In this document: positions 1-6,750 of the stretch, piece by piece
Position numbering within the stretch: the first letter of the stretch is position 1
Layout: the number at the start of each line of letters is the position of its first letter
Source of the DNA: a virus
Lineage: Duplodnaviria; Heunggongvirae; Uroviricota; Caudoviricetes
Virus record (IMG/VR): IMGVR_UViG_2778261543_000003
Location: 1-15,756 of that record
Length of the DNA stretch: 15,756 nt
Direction: 5' to 3' (one strand)
Made by a program: the position numbers and the translations under genes
Notes under the pieces: generated by a model
What the model was told of the DNA's origin: nothing
Databases searched by the model: none
What the model saw: only the letters and a program-made list of their open reading frames with translations

Positions 1-25
1 CACGTTGTTTTTTCGTCAGTGCCAT
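1..25 (-). CDS. 5' end of an ORF running off the window edge (ATG at 25-23)
   Basis: ATG preceded by AAAGGAGAG on the minus strand, overlapping the stop region of the 27-515 gene; only about 8 codons visible. Confidence 0.2.
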
Positions 26-26
26 T

Positions 27-515
27 TCACTCTCCTTTGATGCGAATGCCAGCGGCGCGGATTGCAGCGATGACTTCAGAAACTTTGTATGCCATTACCG
101 TTTGGTAATCATCGTGAAAATCTGTTCGATGAAGCATACTGCTACGTTCCGGGATCAGTATTTCCCGCGCTTCCAGTTCTGCAATGCGCTTCTCTGCGGC
201 TTCCAGCTCAACACGCAGCCTCCCAACCGTAAGCGCAATATCCTCGTTCTCCTGGTCGCGGGATTTGATGTATTGCTGGTTCCTTTCCCGTTCATCCAGT
301 AGTGCCAATGCAATCTTTGGATTAAAGGCAGCAATAAATTCAGCGTTGTTTTTCAGAACGTGTTGCGCAATGGCCTGACTACTTAGTCGGACCTCATAAC
401 CACGTGCGCCACGGTGTGGTTTATATGAGTCCCAGTCTCCCCACGTTGCTTTTTCTGCCGCCTCACGCAGTACCTGATAGTCAATCTTGCTCACTGGTTG
501 CCTCCTTTGCGCCAC
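27..515 (-). CDS. Phage protein with coiled-coil character, possibly Ead/Ea22-like
   Basis: 162-aa ORF in the Ea22-equivalent position distal to the recombination genes; heptad-like [16 protein letters not shown] segment. Family name is from memory only. Confidence 0.55.
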   Translation of the reverse strand: MAQRRQPVSKIDYQVLREAAEKATWGDWDSYKPHRGARGYEVRLSSQAIAQHVLKNNAEFIAAFNPKIALALLDERERNQQYIKSRDQENEDIALTVGRLRVELEAAEKRIAELEAREILIPERSSMLHRTDFHDDYQTVMAYKVSEVIAAIRAAGIRIKGE

Positions 516-658
516 ATCGCATTCAGATATTTGTTTTGATTCACTGACGGAAAAGAATTTCTCTTAAGCAATTCCTCTCTCGATGGCATTGGCTTTACGC
601 GTTGGCGAATAATCATTTCTGCCGGAAGAATGCTGGGATTGTATGCAAGTCCTCTCAT
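491..658 (-). CDS. Small hypothetical protein (55 aa, start MRGLAY)
   Basis: ATG at 658 lies 6 nt after GAGGAA; the upstream gene's TGA stop overlaps this RBS. The longer track ORF (to 811) overlaps the upstream gene and is less likely. Confidence 0.35.
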   Translation of the reverse strand: MRGLAYNPSILPAEMIIRQRVKPMPSREELLKRNSFPSVNQNKYLNAMWRKGGNQ

Positions 659-668
659 GGTAAATTCC

Positions 669-965
669 TCAGTCATTACTGATAGCGCCATAGCGTGAGC
701 GGTAATTACGCAGGCGCGGGTCGATATATTCAGGGAAGTGGGTATATGTGGCTTTGCGGAATGGTCGGATTGATGTCTGGTAAATTCGATCGCGTTCTTC
801 TTTCTCTGCAAGCCATATGCAGTGGCGAAACTCCTTTTCCTCTTTCGTTTCCTGCGGTAGCGACATTATCCGGTCGTAGTTTTTCCTGAATTTATCCAGC
901 ACCTCCGATACGGAATTGCCGGAACAGCGGCGCGCGTCATCCGCACCATACAAAGGCGCTGGCAT
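669..965 (-). CDS. Hypothetical phage protein (98 aa)
   Basis: AGGAG 6 nt upstream of the ATG at 965; tightly packed between the exonuclease and downstream genes on the same strand. Confidence 0.6.
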   Translation of the reverse strand: MPAPLYGADDARRCSGNSVSEVLDKFRKNYDRIMSLPQETKEEKEFRHCIWLAEKEERDRIYQTSIRPFRKATYTHFPEYIDPRLRNYRSRYGAISND

Positions 966-981
966 GTTTTTCTCCTGTTGA

Positions 982-1530
982 TTATTTAGCTAACTTTTTC
1001 CAGATCGCTGAAACGTATTTGGCTTGGTGGATGGCATCATCAAGCGCGTTGTGGCGAGTTCCTTTGAATGGCATATCTCGCTTAGGGTTGAATCCTATTA
1101 CCTTTCCAAGCTCGACGATTGTTCTTACGTCGCGGTCATTCCACCACTGCCATGGAACTGGCTGCCCTGTCAGCGAATAACTGTTTCGGAGAATAACGCA
1201 GTCAAATGATGCTCCATTCCCCCAAACCTGAACGAATTTGTGGTTAGCGTTCTTTATGATGAATTCAGATAACCATGAAAGAGCCGTTGAAAGCTCCTGA
1301 GTGTTGCTGGTTAGCGATTTTCTGGCTTCTTCACTCTGTTCCAGCCACCATAAAATCGTTGAAGCGTCAGGACGCGCTCGATATCGCATTGATGATTCAA
1401 GCGAGATATTTACCGAGAACTCTTCTCCTGTTTCTCCGGTATTCGGGTCAAAGAATACCGCCCCAATAGAAATAACTGGCGCGTATGGCCCGTTGCCCAT
1501 TGTTTCAAGGTCAACCATCAAGTGATTCAT
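982..1530 (-). CDS. DEDDh-type 3'-5' exonuclease (DnaQ-like fold)
   Basis: N-terminal MVDLETMG (Exo I D-x-E motif) and C-terminal HNALDDA (Exo III H-x4-D motif); sits directly downstream of SSB. Confidence 0.8.
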   Translation of the reverse strand: MNHLMVDLETMGNGPYAPVISIGAVFFDPNTGETGEEFSVNISLESSMRYRARPDASTILWWLEQSEEARKSLTSNTQELSTALSWLSEFIIKNANHKFVQVWGNGASFDCVILRNSYSLTGQPVPWQWWNDRDVRTIVELGKVIGFNPKRDMPFKGTRHNALDDAIHQAKYVSAIWKKLAK

Positions 1531-1538
1531 GTAAGTCC

Positions 1539-2054
1539 TTAAATTGCGTGAATAGCGTGACGAGGGAAGGGGAGAGTTACTGGTGCAAAGGGGATATCGT
1601 CGTCAAAATCCATAGGTGGTTCGCTGTGATTTCCCTGCTGCTGAGGTTGCTGTCTTTGTTGCTGACCATTATTTCGCTGAGGTGAAGACTGTTCATTGCC
1701 TCCTTGCTTGCCACCAAGCATTTGCATGGTTCCACCAACGCCCACGATGACTTCGGTAGTGAACCGATCCTGTCCGCTTTGATCCTGCCATTTTCTTGTC
1801 CGCAATTTGCCTTCAAGATAAACCTCAGAGCCTTTTCGCAGATATTCGCTGGCAATTTCTGCCAGTTTCCCGCTCATTACCACGCGGTGCCACTCCGTCT
1901 GCTCCTTTTGCTCTCCAGTTTTCTTATCACGCCATTGTTCTGACGTAGCAACGGTAAGGTTTGCAAATGCCGTTCCTGATGGTGAATATCTGATTTCTGG
2001 ATCATGCCCAAGGCGACCAATAATGATCACCTTATTTACGCCTCTGCTTGCCAT
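1539..2054 (-). CDS. ssb: Single-stranded DNA-binding protein with extended C-terminus
   Basis: OB-fold N-terminus closely resembling E. coli SSB ([33 protein letters not shown]), Gly/Gln-rich linker and acidic tip [11 protein letters not shown], followed by 15 extra residues ([15 protein letters not shown]). Confidence 0.9.
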   Translation of the reverse strand: MASRGVNKVIIIGRLGHDPEIRYSPSGTAFANLTVATSEQWRDKKTGEQKEQTEWHRVVMSGKLAEIASEYLRKGSEVYLEGKLRTRKWQDQSGQDRFTTEVIVGVGGTMQMLGGKQGGNEQSSPQRNNGQQQRQQPQQQGNHSEPPMDFDDDIPFAPVTLPFPRHAIHAI

Positions 2055-2762
2055 TTATGCCGCCTGTTTTAGTTCGTTAACTCTGATGTTCATTACCTGA
2101 ACGCATTTAGCCTGCGCCTCCTCGTTGCCAGCCATTAATTGCCAGTCACGCTGATAACGCTCGATGAGTTTTTTCTTGTCAGTTTCTGTTGACGCATAAT
2201 CGCTGAAGTCTTTCAGGATTTGTTCGCAGTCAACCGATGGAGATTTCTGGTTGGTATTTTCTGGTGATGGTTTGTTATCTGATGCTGGGATTGCCCATCC
2301 CGGCAGCGATGGAGGGAGCCAGTAAAATCCTGTTCCATCCTTGAGTTTTGCCCTGTGCCATCCCTGCTTTTTATCGAGAGATGTTTGTGCGAAACCTTCC
2401 TCAAGGTTATACAGATACCGACCGATTCCCCATTGAACGGCAGCACGCTTCATTGCACCGGAACGACCACCTTTGACGGCTTCTACCTGCGTGTTTTCAG
2501 CAGCATCCCATTTGGTTACCCATTCGGAATCAATCTTGATTGATATGCCGCATTCAACTCCGCCGTTGTTGGGAATATCGCGGTATTCATTGCGCCATCC
2601 TGCTTTGCCGCAAACATCGTCCAGGCGTTTCATGATTGCCCGGTTCGTGGCATAAGCCAGCACCATAGCCCACACTTTGCCATCGCGTGTTTTACCGCTT
2701 TGCTGTATTCGCCATTCGATATCTTCAGGGCTGAATGGCTCATCGAATTTATTCAAATCCAT
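2055..2762 (-). CDS. Rad52-family single-strand annealing protein (Sak-like recombinase)
   Basis: Motif GGRSGAMKRAAVQWGIGRYLYNL resembles the conserved Rad52/Sak hairpin region; gene is adjacent to SSB and an exonuclease; stop TAA abuts the ssb ATG. Confidence 0.65.
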   Translation of the reverse strand: MDLNKFDEPFSPEDIEWRIQQSGKTRDGKVWAMVLAYATNRAIMKRLDDVCGKAGWRNEYRDIPNNGGVECGISIKIDSEWVTKWDAAENTQVEAVKGGRSGAMKRAAVQWGIGRYLYNLEEGFAQTSLDKKQGWHRAKLKDGTGFYWLPPSLPGWAIPASDNKPSPENTNQKSPSVDCEQILKDFSDYASTETDKKKLIERYQRDWQLMAGNEEAQAKCVQVMNIRVNELKQAA

Positions 2763-2770
2763 AATTCACC

Positions 2771-2941
2771 TCAGAATGGACACGGCCCAAGGAAATAACG
2801 CTGATTTAATACTTCGACTCGGGACAAATTAAGGCATACCCGCATTCCTTCGCGGTCGCCATTATGGCGATACCAGAGAGCTTTCTGCGTGTACATGCGT
2901 CTCTGTAACTTGCTCTCCTTCACTGTGGTTGCAAGTGACAT
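2771..2941 (-). CDS. Small hypothetical protein (56 aa, MSLATTVKESK...)
   Basis: Not in the ORF track (under 60 aa). AAGGAGATATTC-ATG RBS; its stop overlaps the RBS of the Rad52-like gene. Confidence 0.35.
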   Translation of the reverse strand: MSLATTVKESKLQRRMYTQKALWYRHNGDREGMRVCLNLSRVEVLNQRYFLGPCPF

Positions 2942-3020
2942 GAATATCTCCTTCGTTACCGATTAATTCTTTCATCTGACGAATGAATTCTTCGTCTGAC
3001 CAGTTATCTGTAAAACTCAT
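2862..3020 (-). CDS. Small hypothetical protein (52 aa, MSFTDNWSDEEFIRQMKELIGNEGD...)
   Basis: ATGA stop/start overlap with the upstream small ORF; overlaps the 2771-2941 ORF in another frame, so at most one of the two may be complete. Confidence 0.25.
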   Translation of the reverse strand: MSFTDNWSDEEFIRQMKELIGNEGDIHVTCNHSEGEQVTETHVHAESSLVSP

Positions 3021-3169
3021 TTCCTGCGATACCATGGAAGGTTGATAGCTGATTTCATCGCTTTATTTGCTTCAAGCCACATTTTTGAATCACCAATAAA
3101 TCTGGCTATTACTGCTTTGTTCTGTGCAGCACGAAGCATCTGGTGATTGATGGCTATTTCATTGCGCAT
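3017..3169 (-). CDS. Small hypothetical protein (50 aa, MRNEIAINHQMLRAAQNKAVIARFIGDSKMW...)
   Basis: GGAGG 6 nt upstream of the ATG at 3169; occupies the kil-equivalent position just upstream of the recombination genes (positional inference only). Confidence 0.4.
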   Translation of the reverse strand: MRNEIAINHQMLRAAQNKAVIARFIGDSKMWLEANKAMKSAINLPWYRRK

Positions 3170-3288
3170 AACGCCTCCAGTTGTTTCTTTGCTGCTCTGA
3201 TTAATTGTTTAACTCGGCGTGATAATTCAGATTCGTGCGGGTAGAAAGCGGACATGACGCCGCTACCCGCGAGCTGAAAGTGCATCAT
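3154..3288 (-). CDS. Small hypothetical protein (44 aa, MMHFQLAGSGVMSAFYPHESELSRR...)
   Basis: TAAGGAG 7 nt upstream of ATGATG at 3288; the track's longer form (start 3363) has no RBS and would abut the upstream stop. Confidence 0.45.
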   Translation of the reverse strand: MMHFQLAGSGVMSAFYPHESELSRRVKQLIRAAKKQLEALCAMK

Positions 3289-3363
3289 GGGTAACTCCTT
3301 ATATTTGATTGCATAACGAAAACGCCTCGAGTGAAGCGTTATTGGTATGCGGTAAAGCCGCAC

Positions 3364-3732
3364 TCAGGCGGCCTTGATCGTCATATCATCTGAATCAAAT
3401 ATTCCTGATGTATCGATATCGGTAATTTTTATTCCTTCACTACCATCCATTGGAGGCCATCCTTCCTGACCATTTCCATCATTCCAGTCGAACTCACACA
3501 CAACACCATATGCATTTAAGTCGCTTGAAATTGCTATAAGCAGAGCATGTTGCGCCAGCATGATTAATACAGCATTTAATACAGAGCCGTGTTTATTTAG
3601 TCGGTATTCAGAGTCTGACCAGAAATTATTAATCTGGTGAAGTTTTTCCTCTGTCATTACGTCATGGTCGATTTCAATTTCTATTGATGCTTTCCAGTCG
3701 TAATCAATGATGTATTTTTTGATGTTTGACAT
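3364..3732 (-). CDS. Strongly acidic hypothetical protein (122 aa)
   Basis: Clean ORF with GAGGAA upstream; by my count about 22 Asp/Glu against about 8 Lys/Arg; lies between the pL-proximal cassette and the recombination module. Confidence 0.7.
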   Translation of the reverse strand: MSNIKKYIIDYDWKASIEIEIDHDVMTEEKLHQINNFWSDSEYRLNKHGSVLNAVLIMLAQHALLIAISSDLNAYGVVCEFDWNDGNGQEGWPPMDGSEGIKITDIDTSGIFDSDDMTIKAA

Positions 3733-3750
3733 CTATTCATTTCCTCATAG

Positions 3751-3778
3751 ATAAAAAATCGCCCTCACATTGGAGGGC
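3751..3778 (-). terminator. Intrinsic terminator (minus strand) between the AT-rich cassette and the acidic-protein gene
   Basis: Plus-strand ataaaaaatc-GCCCTC-acattg-GAGGGC; on the minus strand a 6-bp GC stem followed by a run of 6 U. Confidence 0.6.
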
Positions 3779-3884
3779 AAAGAAGATTTCCAATAATCAG
3801 AACAAGTCGGCTCCTGTTTAGTTACGAGCGACATTGCTCCGTGTATTCACTCGTTGGAATGAATGCACAGTGCTTATTCGCAGT

Positions 3885-4211
3885 CTACATAATCATTCCG
3901 GTTATTATTACCATTTCAATATCACTATCTTTCATAATGATTGGAGTTGAGTTATCAACTTTACTTTTACTCCATTTTCCTGCATCAGTTTTTACCGCTC
4001 CACAATAAGAAAGCCAATCATTATCACAATGTTCTGGATCGCTGATTCTGACAAGAACACGTGATAGTGCTTTTTCGATACTTTCATCACAATTAGCATT
4101 TGTGTAATTGCCGTGAGACAATTTTAAATCGTTAACTTCATCTTCATTGGCATCAAAAATATAGATTTCAGTCGACTCTGGAACATTTTCATAAACCATT
4201 AAAACTTTCAT
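3885..4211 (-). CDS. Acidic hypothetical protein (108 aa, start MKVLMVYENVPE); second gene of AT-rich cassette
   Basis: Start chosen at the ATG at 4211 (GGGGTAAAA-ATG) because the track's longer start at 4331 overlaps the upstream gene; region is visibly AT-rich. Confidence 0.5.
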   Translation of the reverse strand: MKVLMVYENVPESTEIYIFDANEDEVNDLKLSHGNYTNANCDESIEKALSRVLVRISDPEHCDNDWLSYCGAVKTDAGKWSKSKVDNSTPIIMKDSDIEMVIITGMIM

Positions 4212-4257
4212 TTTTACCCCATATTGTTTATGCCAAAAATAAAGTCGGCCATGCGGC

Positions 4258-4728
4258 CTAGTAGAATACCCAATTTTCTGCTTCTTGGTTGTGTCCAAAG
4301 TTATATTCAATATCTGGTGTTGATGTATCAATATTCTTCATCCCATCAACAAGAGTTGATACAACAGCCAAATCTTGTTTGATTCTCATTAAATGGTATT
4401 TCTTCCGGCGCAATAAACTTTCAATGGCAAGTTTCTTCGTTGGGAATGCAAAAGATCTTTCTGCATTTTTTGCTACTTTCTTAATTGCATATCTATTTCT
4501 CCTTTGTTTCCATTCCTGTAACCACTGATTTGGTGCTGGTTTAAAACCAACAACCCAATGCGCAGGAACCAACCATGCATAATGCTCTGTCTGATGAAAA
4601 GCTATATATTGAAGTGCGAATATTTTTATCCCATCTTCTTCAACTGTCGCCTGGAATCTCCAGAAAACAGGCATTCCATCATGTTCAGTTTCTGATTCAG
4701 GAAAAGGTACGCTCCATGATTTTGTCAT
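4258..4728 (-). CDS. Hypothetical protein (156 aa) translationally coupled to N
   Basis: N stop TGA, then GGTGAGAT, then ATG at 4728; AT-rich relative to N; no family recognised. Confidence 0.7.
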   Translation of the reverse strand: MTKSWSVPFPESETEHDGMPVFWRFQATVEEDGIKIFALQYIAFHQTEHYAWLVPAHWVVGFKPAPNQWLQEWKQRRNRYAIKKVAKNAERSFAFPTKKLAIESLLRRKKYHLMRIKQDLAVVSTLVDGMKNIDTSTPDIEYNFGHNQEAENWVFY

Positions 4729-4736
4729 ATCTCACC

Positions 4737-5036
4737 TCAAATAAGTGGTTTGCTGCCTAATTTCATTTTCTGGCGACCAACACAAGTCACACCCATTTCA
4801 CTGCGTGGCTTGCGGTAGTAAATACGATTCTGTTTACTCTCGACTTCTTCTGCCTTCTTGCAGCGAAGGCTTCCGAGTGATGCTGCTTTGTCTGCTCTGA
4901 CGCAACCAGAGAGCTTTAGCGCATTTTTTCGCGCCAGTCGCTGCTCTTGCATTGCCTGTTCACGTTGAGCCTGTCTGCGTGCTCTGCGGCGATTTCTGGC
5001 GTTATCGTCAGCCAGATATGTAATGACTACTGTCAT
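4737..5036 (-). CDS. N: Antitermination protein N
   Basis: Arg-rich N-terminal motif (DDNARNRRRARRQAQREQ) and C-terminus YYRKPRSEMGVTCVGRQKMKLGSKPLI closely matching the lambda N C-terminus as I recall it; GGAGG 7 nt upstream of the ATG at 5036; nutL lies upstream. Confidence 0.75.
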   Translation of the reverse strand: MTVVITYLADDNARNRRRARRQAQREQAMQEQRLARKNALKLSGCVRADKAASLGSLRCKKAEEVESKQNRIYYRKPRSEMGVTCVGRQKMKLGSKPLI

Positions 5037-5076
5037 GTTGACCTCCGGGAAGGTACACATCCTTGTGTGTCGATGA

Positions 5077-5196
5077 TTATTTGTTTTTGCGTTCCCACAT
5101 CCAGTCATCTACTTCAGACCAGATAGTGAAACCGAAGCAGATGGCGAATGTGGTAACTAAACCACCGAGAATTGGGTTGGTCATGATGTCTAACAT
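5077..5196 (-). CDS. Small predicted membrane peptide (39 aa, MLDIMTNPILGGLVTTFAICFGFTIWSEVDDWMWERKNK) in the N leader
   Basis: Not in the ORF track. GAGGAA 6 nt upstream of ATG; one hydrophobic helix plus a charged Trp-rich tail; lies between the leader inverted repeat and N. Confidence 0.35.
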   Translation of the reverse strand: MLDIMTNPILGGLVTTFAICFGFTIWSEVDDWMWERKNK

Positions 5197-5367
5197 TTTC
5201 TGTTCCTCAGATGATTAGCTTTGGTGGTGTGGTAGGTGGGAGACCCATTTCGACCCGCTTCGTCCGACTTCAATTCGGCAATAGTCCCGCAGGCCTCGCC
5301 GCTTTACGTGCGACATATTCCCGTCCATGAACCCTTCACCACACCCCAAAGCCAACTACTCTTTGGT

Positions 5368-5408
5368 TCCCGCATTTCGGCGGGACAATCCCATCAATGT
5401 TAAAGAGC
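5368..5408 (-). promoter_or_regulatory. nutL (boxA GCTCTTTAA plus boxB hairpin)
   Basis: Minus-strand GGCTCTTTAACA ... TCCCGC-cgaaau-GCGGGA; the same arrangement occurs on the plus strand at 7082-7125; boxA matches the lambda CGCTCTTA consensus. Confidence 0.6.
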
Positions 5409-5454
5409 CTGCCAATCTGTTCCGTTTGGCTACCAGCGTCCTGCTGATGGCTTA

Positions 5455-5496
5455 AAGATAACTTAGGTTATAGGTGTGGTCAATAACCTAATTTAT
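5455..5496 (-). promoter_or_regulatory. pL promoter with operators OL1/OL2
   Basis: Minus-strand TTGACC (5483-5478), 17-nt spacer, TATCTT (5460-5455); operator ATAACTTAGGTTAT at 5458-5471 overlaps the -10 and ATAACCTAATTTAT at 5483-5496 overlaps the -35. Confidence 0.55.
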
Positions 5497-5660
5497 ATTT
5501 TGTGGTAAATAAGTTATAAGTGATGGATAACAAAGGTATTTTATTTTTGTAAATGTTGCTGATTGATTGGTGTTTGAGGGCTTGCGTGCGGGGTGAAGGT
5601 GTTACCTTTGGCTTGATGCTTGTCTATGATGATGATGGGTGATTGGGTGGTGAACGGCAG

Positions 5661-5695
5661 GAAAAGAAAACCCGGCGCTGAGGCCGGGTGTTTTT
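5661..5695 (-). terminator. Intrinsic terminator ending the cI operon (potentially bidirectional)
   Basis: CCCGGC-gctgag-GCCGGG stem-loop flanked by a T-run on the plus strand and an A-run (U-run on the minus strand); starts right after the stop of the 5694-5990 gene. Confidence 0.7.
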
Positions 5696-5990
5696 AGTCT
5701 TTTCTTTTGCTTAGCATTTCGTCGATTTCTAAGTCAATACGATATTGATCTATTGCTTTTCTCTCGTTTGGGGTTGGTATTTTATATTGTTCAATTAGAT
5801 CTGTTGTGTATTTTATTTCATCTAATGTGATTTTTATATCAGAGAGAATCTCTTTTATATCAATTAGATGCTCTTCTTCTTTTGCGCGATTAGAGCTATG
5901 TTCAATCATTTGAGATAGCTTTTTACTAATGCTTAGCAAAACAAAAAGAATGATGATCAAAACAACAACAAAAACTATCAGAAATTCCAT
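5694..5990 (-). CDS. AT-rich single-pass membrane protein with coiled-coil-like C-terminal region, cotranscribed with cI
   Basis: GGAGGGATA-ATG RBS 40 nt downstream of the cI stop; hydrophobic N-terminus EFLIVFVVVLIIILFVLLSI, then a charged, periodic Ile/Leu segment; followed by a terminator. Confidence 0.7.
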   Translation of the reverse strand: MEFLIVFVVVLIIILFVLLSISKKLSQMIEHSSNRAKEEEHLIDIKEILSDIKITLDEIKYTTDLIEQYKIPTPNERKAIDQYRIDLEIDEMLSKRKD

Positions 5991-6030
5991 TATCCCTCCG
6001 CACTTCCGTAAGTCTTCTTCTGATTATCGG

Positions 6031-6738
6031 TTACCAACTATGAGACGACCAGAATACTCTGCCAATAATCCTTACGGTTTCATGAAATTCATCTCTATCC
6101 ATTACTTCATCCGGGTACTCTTCGCGATTTATTGATCTGATTATCACCGATGTAGGGGTGGCGATTAATGTTTTTACTCGTAACAAATCAGACTGGCAAA
6201 TAGCGTAGGTTTTACCATCTCTGATTGTGGTATCTTGCGTGTTAACACCAACAACATCGCCATCGTGAAGCGTTGGTTCCATGCTTTGCCCTACAACCCT
6301 AACTAGCTTGGCTGATCTTTCAGATACTCCCATCTTTTTCAGATAGTGCTTTCTGAAAACCAAAGAGAACTCCGATGATTCCTCTAGCTCGCAGCTACCG
6401 CTTCCAGCTGAAAGCGAAACGTTAAGAAGAGGCAACGCAACAAACTCGTCATCGTTTCTTTTAATGTCTTCCCATACCACAGCTTTTAAAGATGACTCAC
6501 GGACATTGGATGGTTCTTCATGTGCACCATCCCTCATTTCACCAATACCAGAACTAAGCCATTCAGGGCGCACTTTTAAAGCATTGGCTAATTCAACCAT
6601 CTTGCGAGATCCGTTTGTTTTACCGGACGACATCTTCTGTATGGCTGGCTGAGATATTCCAACCATGTCAGCAAGCTGTGATTGTGATACCCCTGCCGAG
6701 CTCATGGCTGCATTTAGTCTTTCTGCGAATGTTTTCAT
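6031..6738 (-). CDS. cI: cI-type repressor (HTH plus S24 LexA-like peptidase domain)
   Basis: HTH SQSQLADMVGISQPAIQKM; S24 signature GQSMEPTLHDGDVVGV and a downstream Lys (LRVKTL). Start taken at MKTF (6738) because the longer track start at 6768 would overlap an operator. Confidence 0.85.
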   Translation of the reverse strand: MKTFAERLNAAMSSAGVSQSQLADMVGISQPAIQKMSSGKTNGSRKMVELANALKVRPEWLSSGIGEMRDGAHEEPSNVRESSLKAVVWEDIKRNDDEFVALPLLNVSLSAGSGSCELEESSEFSLVFRKHYLKKMGVSERSAKLVRVVGQSMEPTLHDGDVVGVNTQDTTIRDGKTYAICQSDLLRVKTLIATPTSVIIRSINREEYPDEVMDRDEFHETVRIIGRVFWSSHSW

Positions 6739-6750
6739 ACCCACAAATCT

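Noticed and set aside
102-378. Plus-strand ORFs (66 and 64 aa) inside the Ea22-like gene
   Set aside because: Antisense to a longer RBS-supported ORF; Ser/Cys-rich low-complexity translations.
1577-1943. ORFs overlapping ssb on both strands
   Set aside because: SSB frame is unambiguous; these are off-frame or antisense shadows.
3289-3363. Longer start of the 3154-3363 track ORF (MRLYRIPITLH...)
   Set aside because: The internal ATGATG at 3288 is preceded by TAAGGAG; the upstream start has no RBS and abuts the previous stop.
5037-5108. Longer N-terminal form of N (track ORF 4737-5108, MTGCGNAK...)
   Set aside because: No RBS, whereas the internal ATG at 5036 has GGAGG at ideal spacing; the extension is Cys/His-rich and unlike N proteins.
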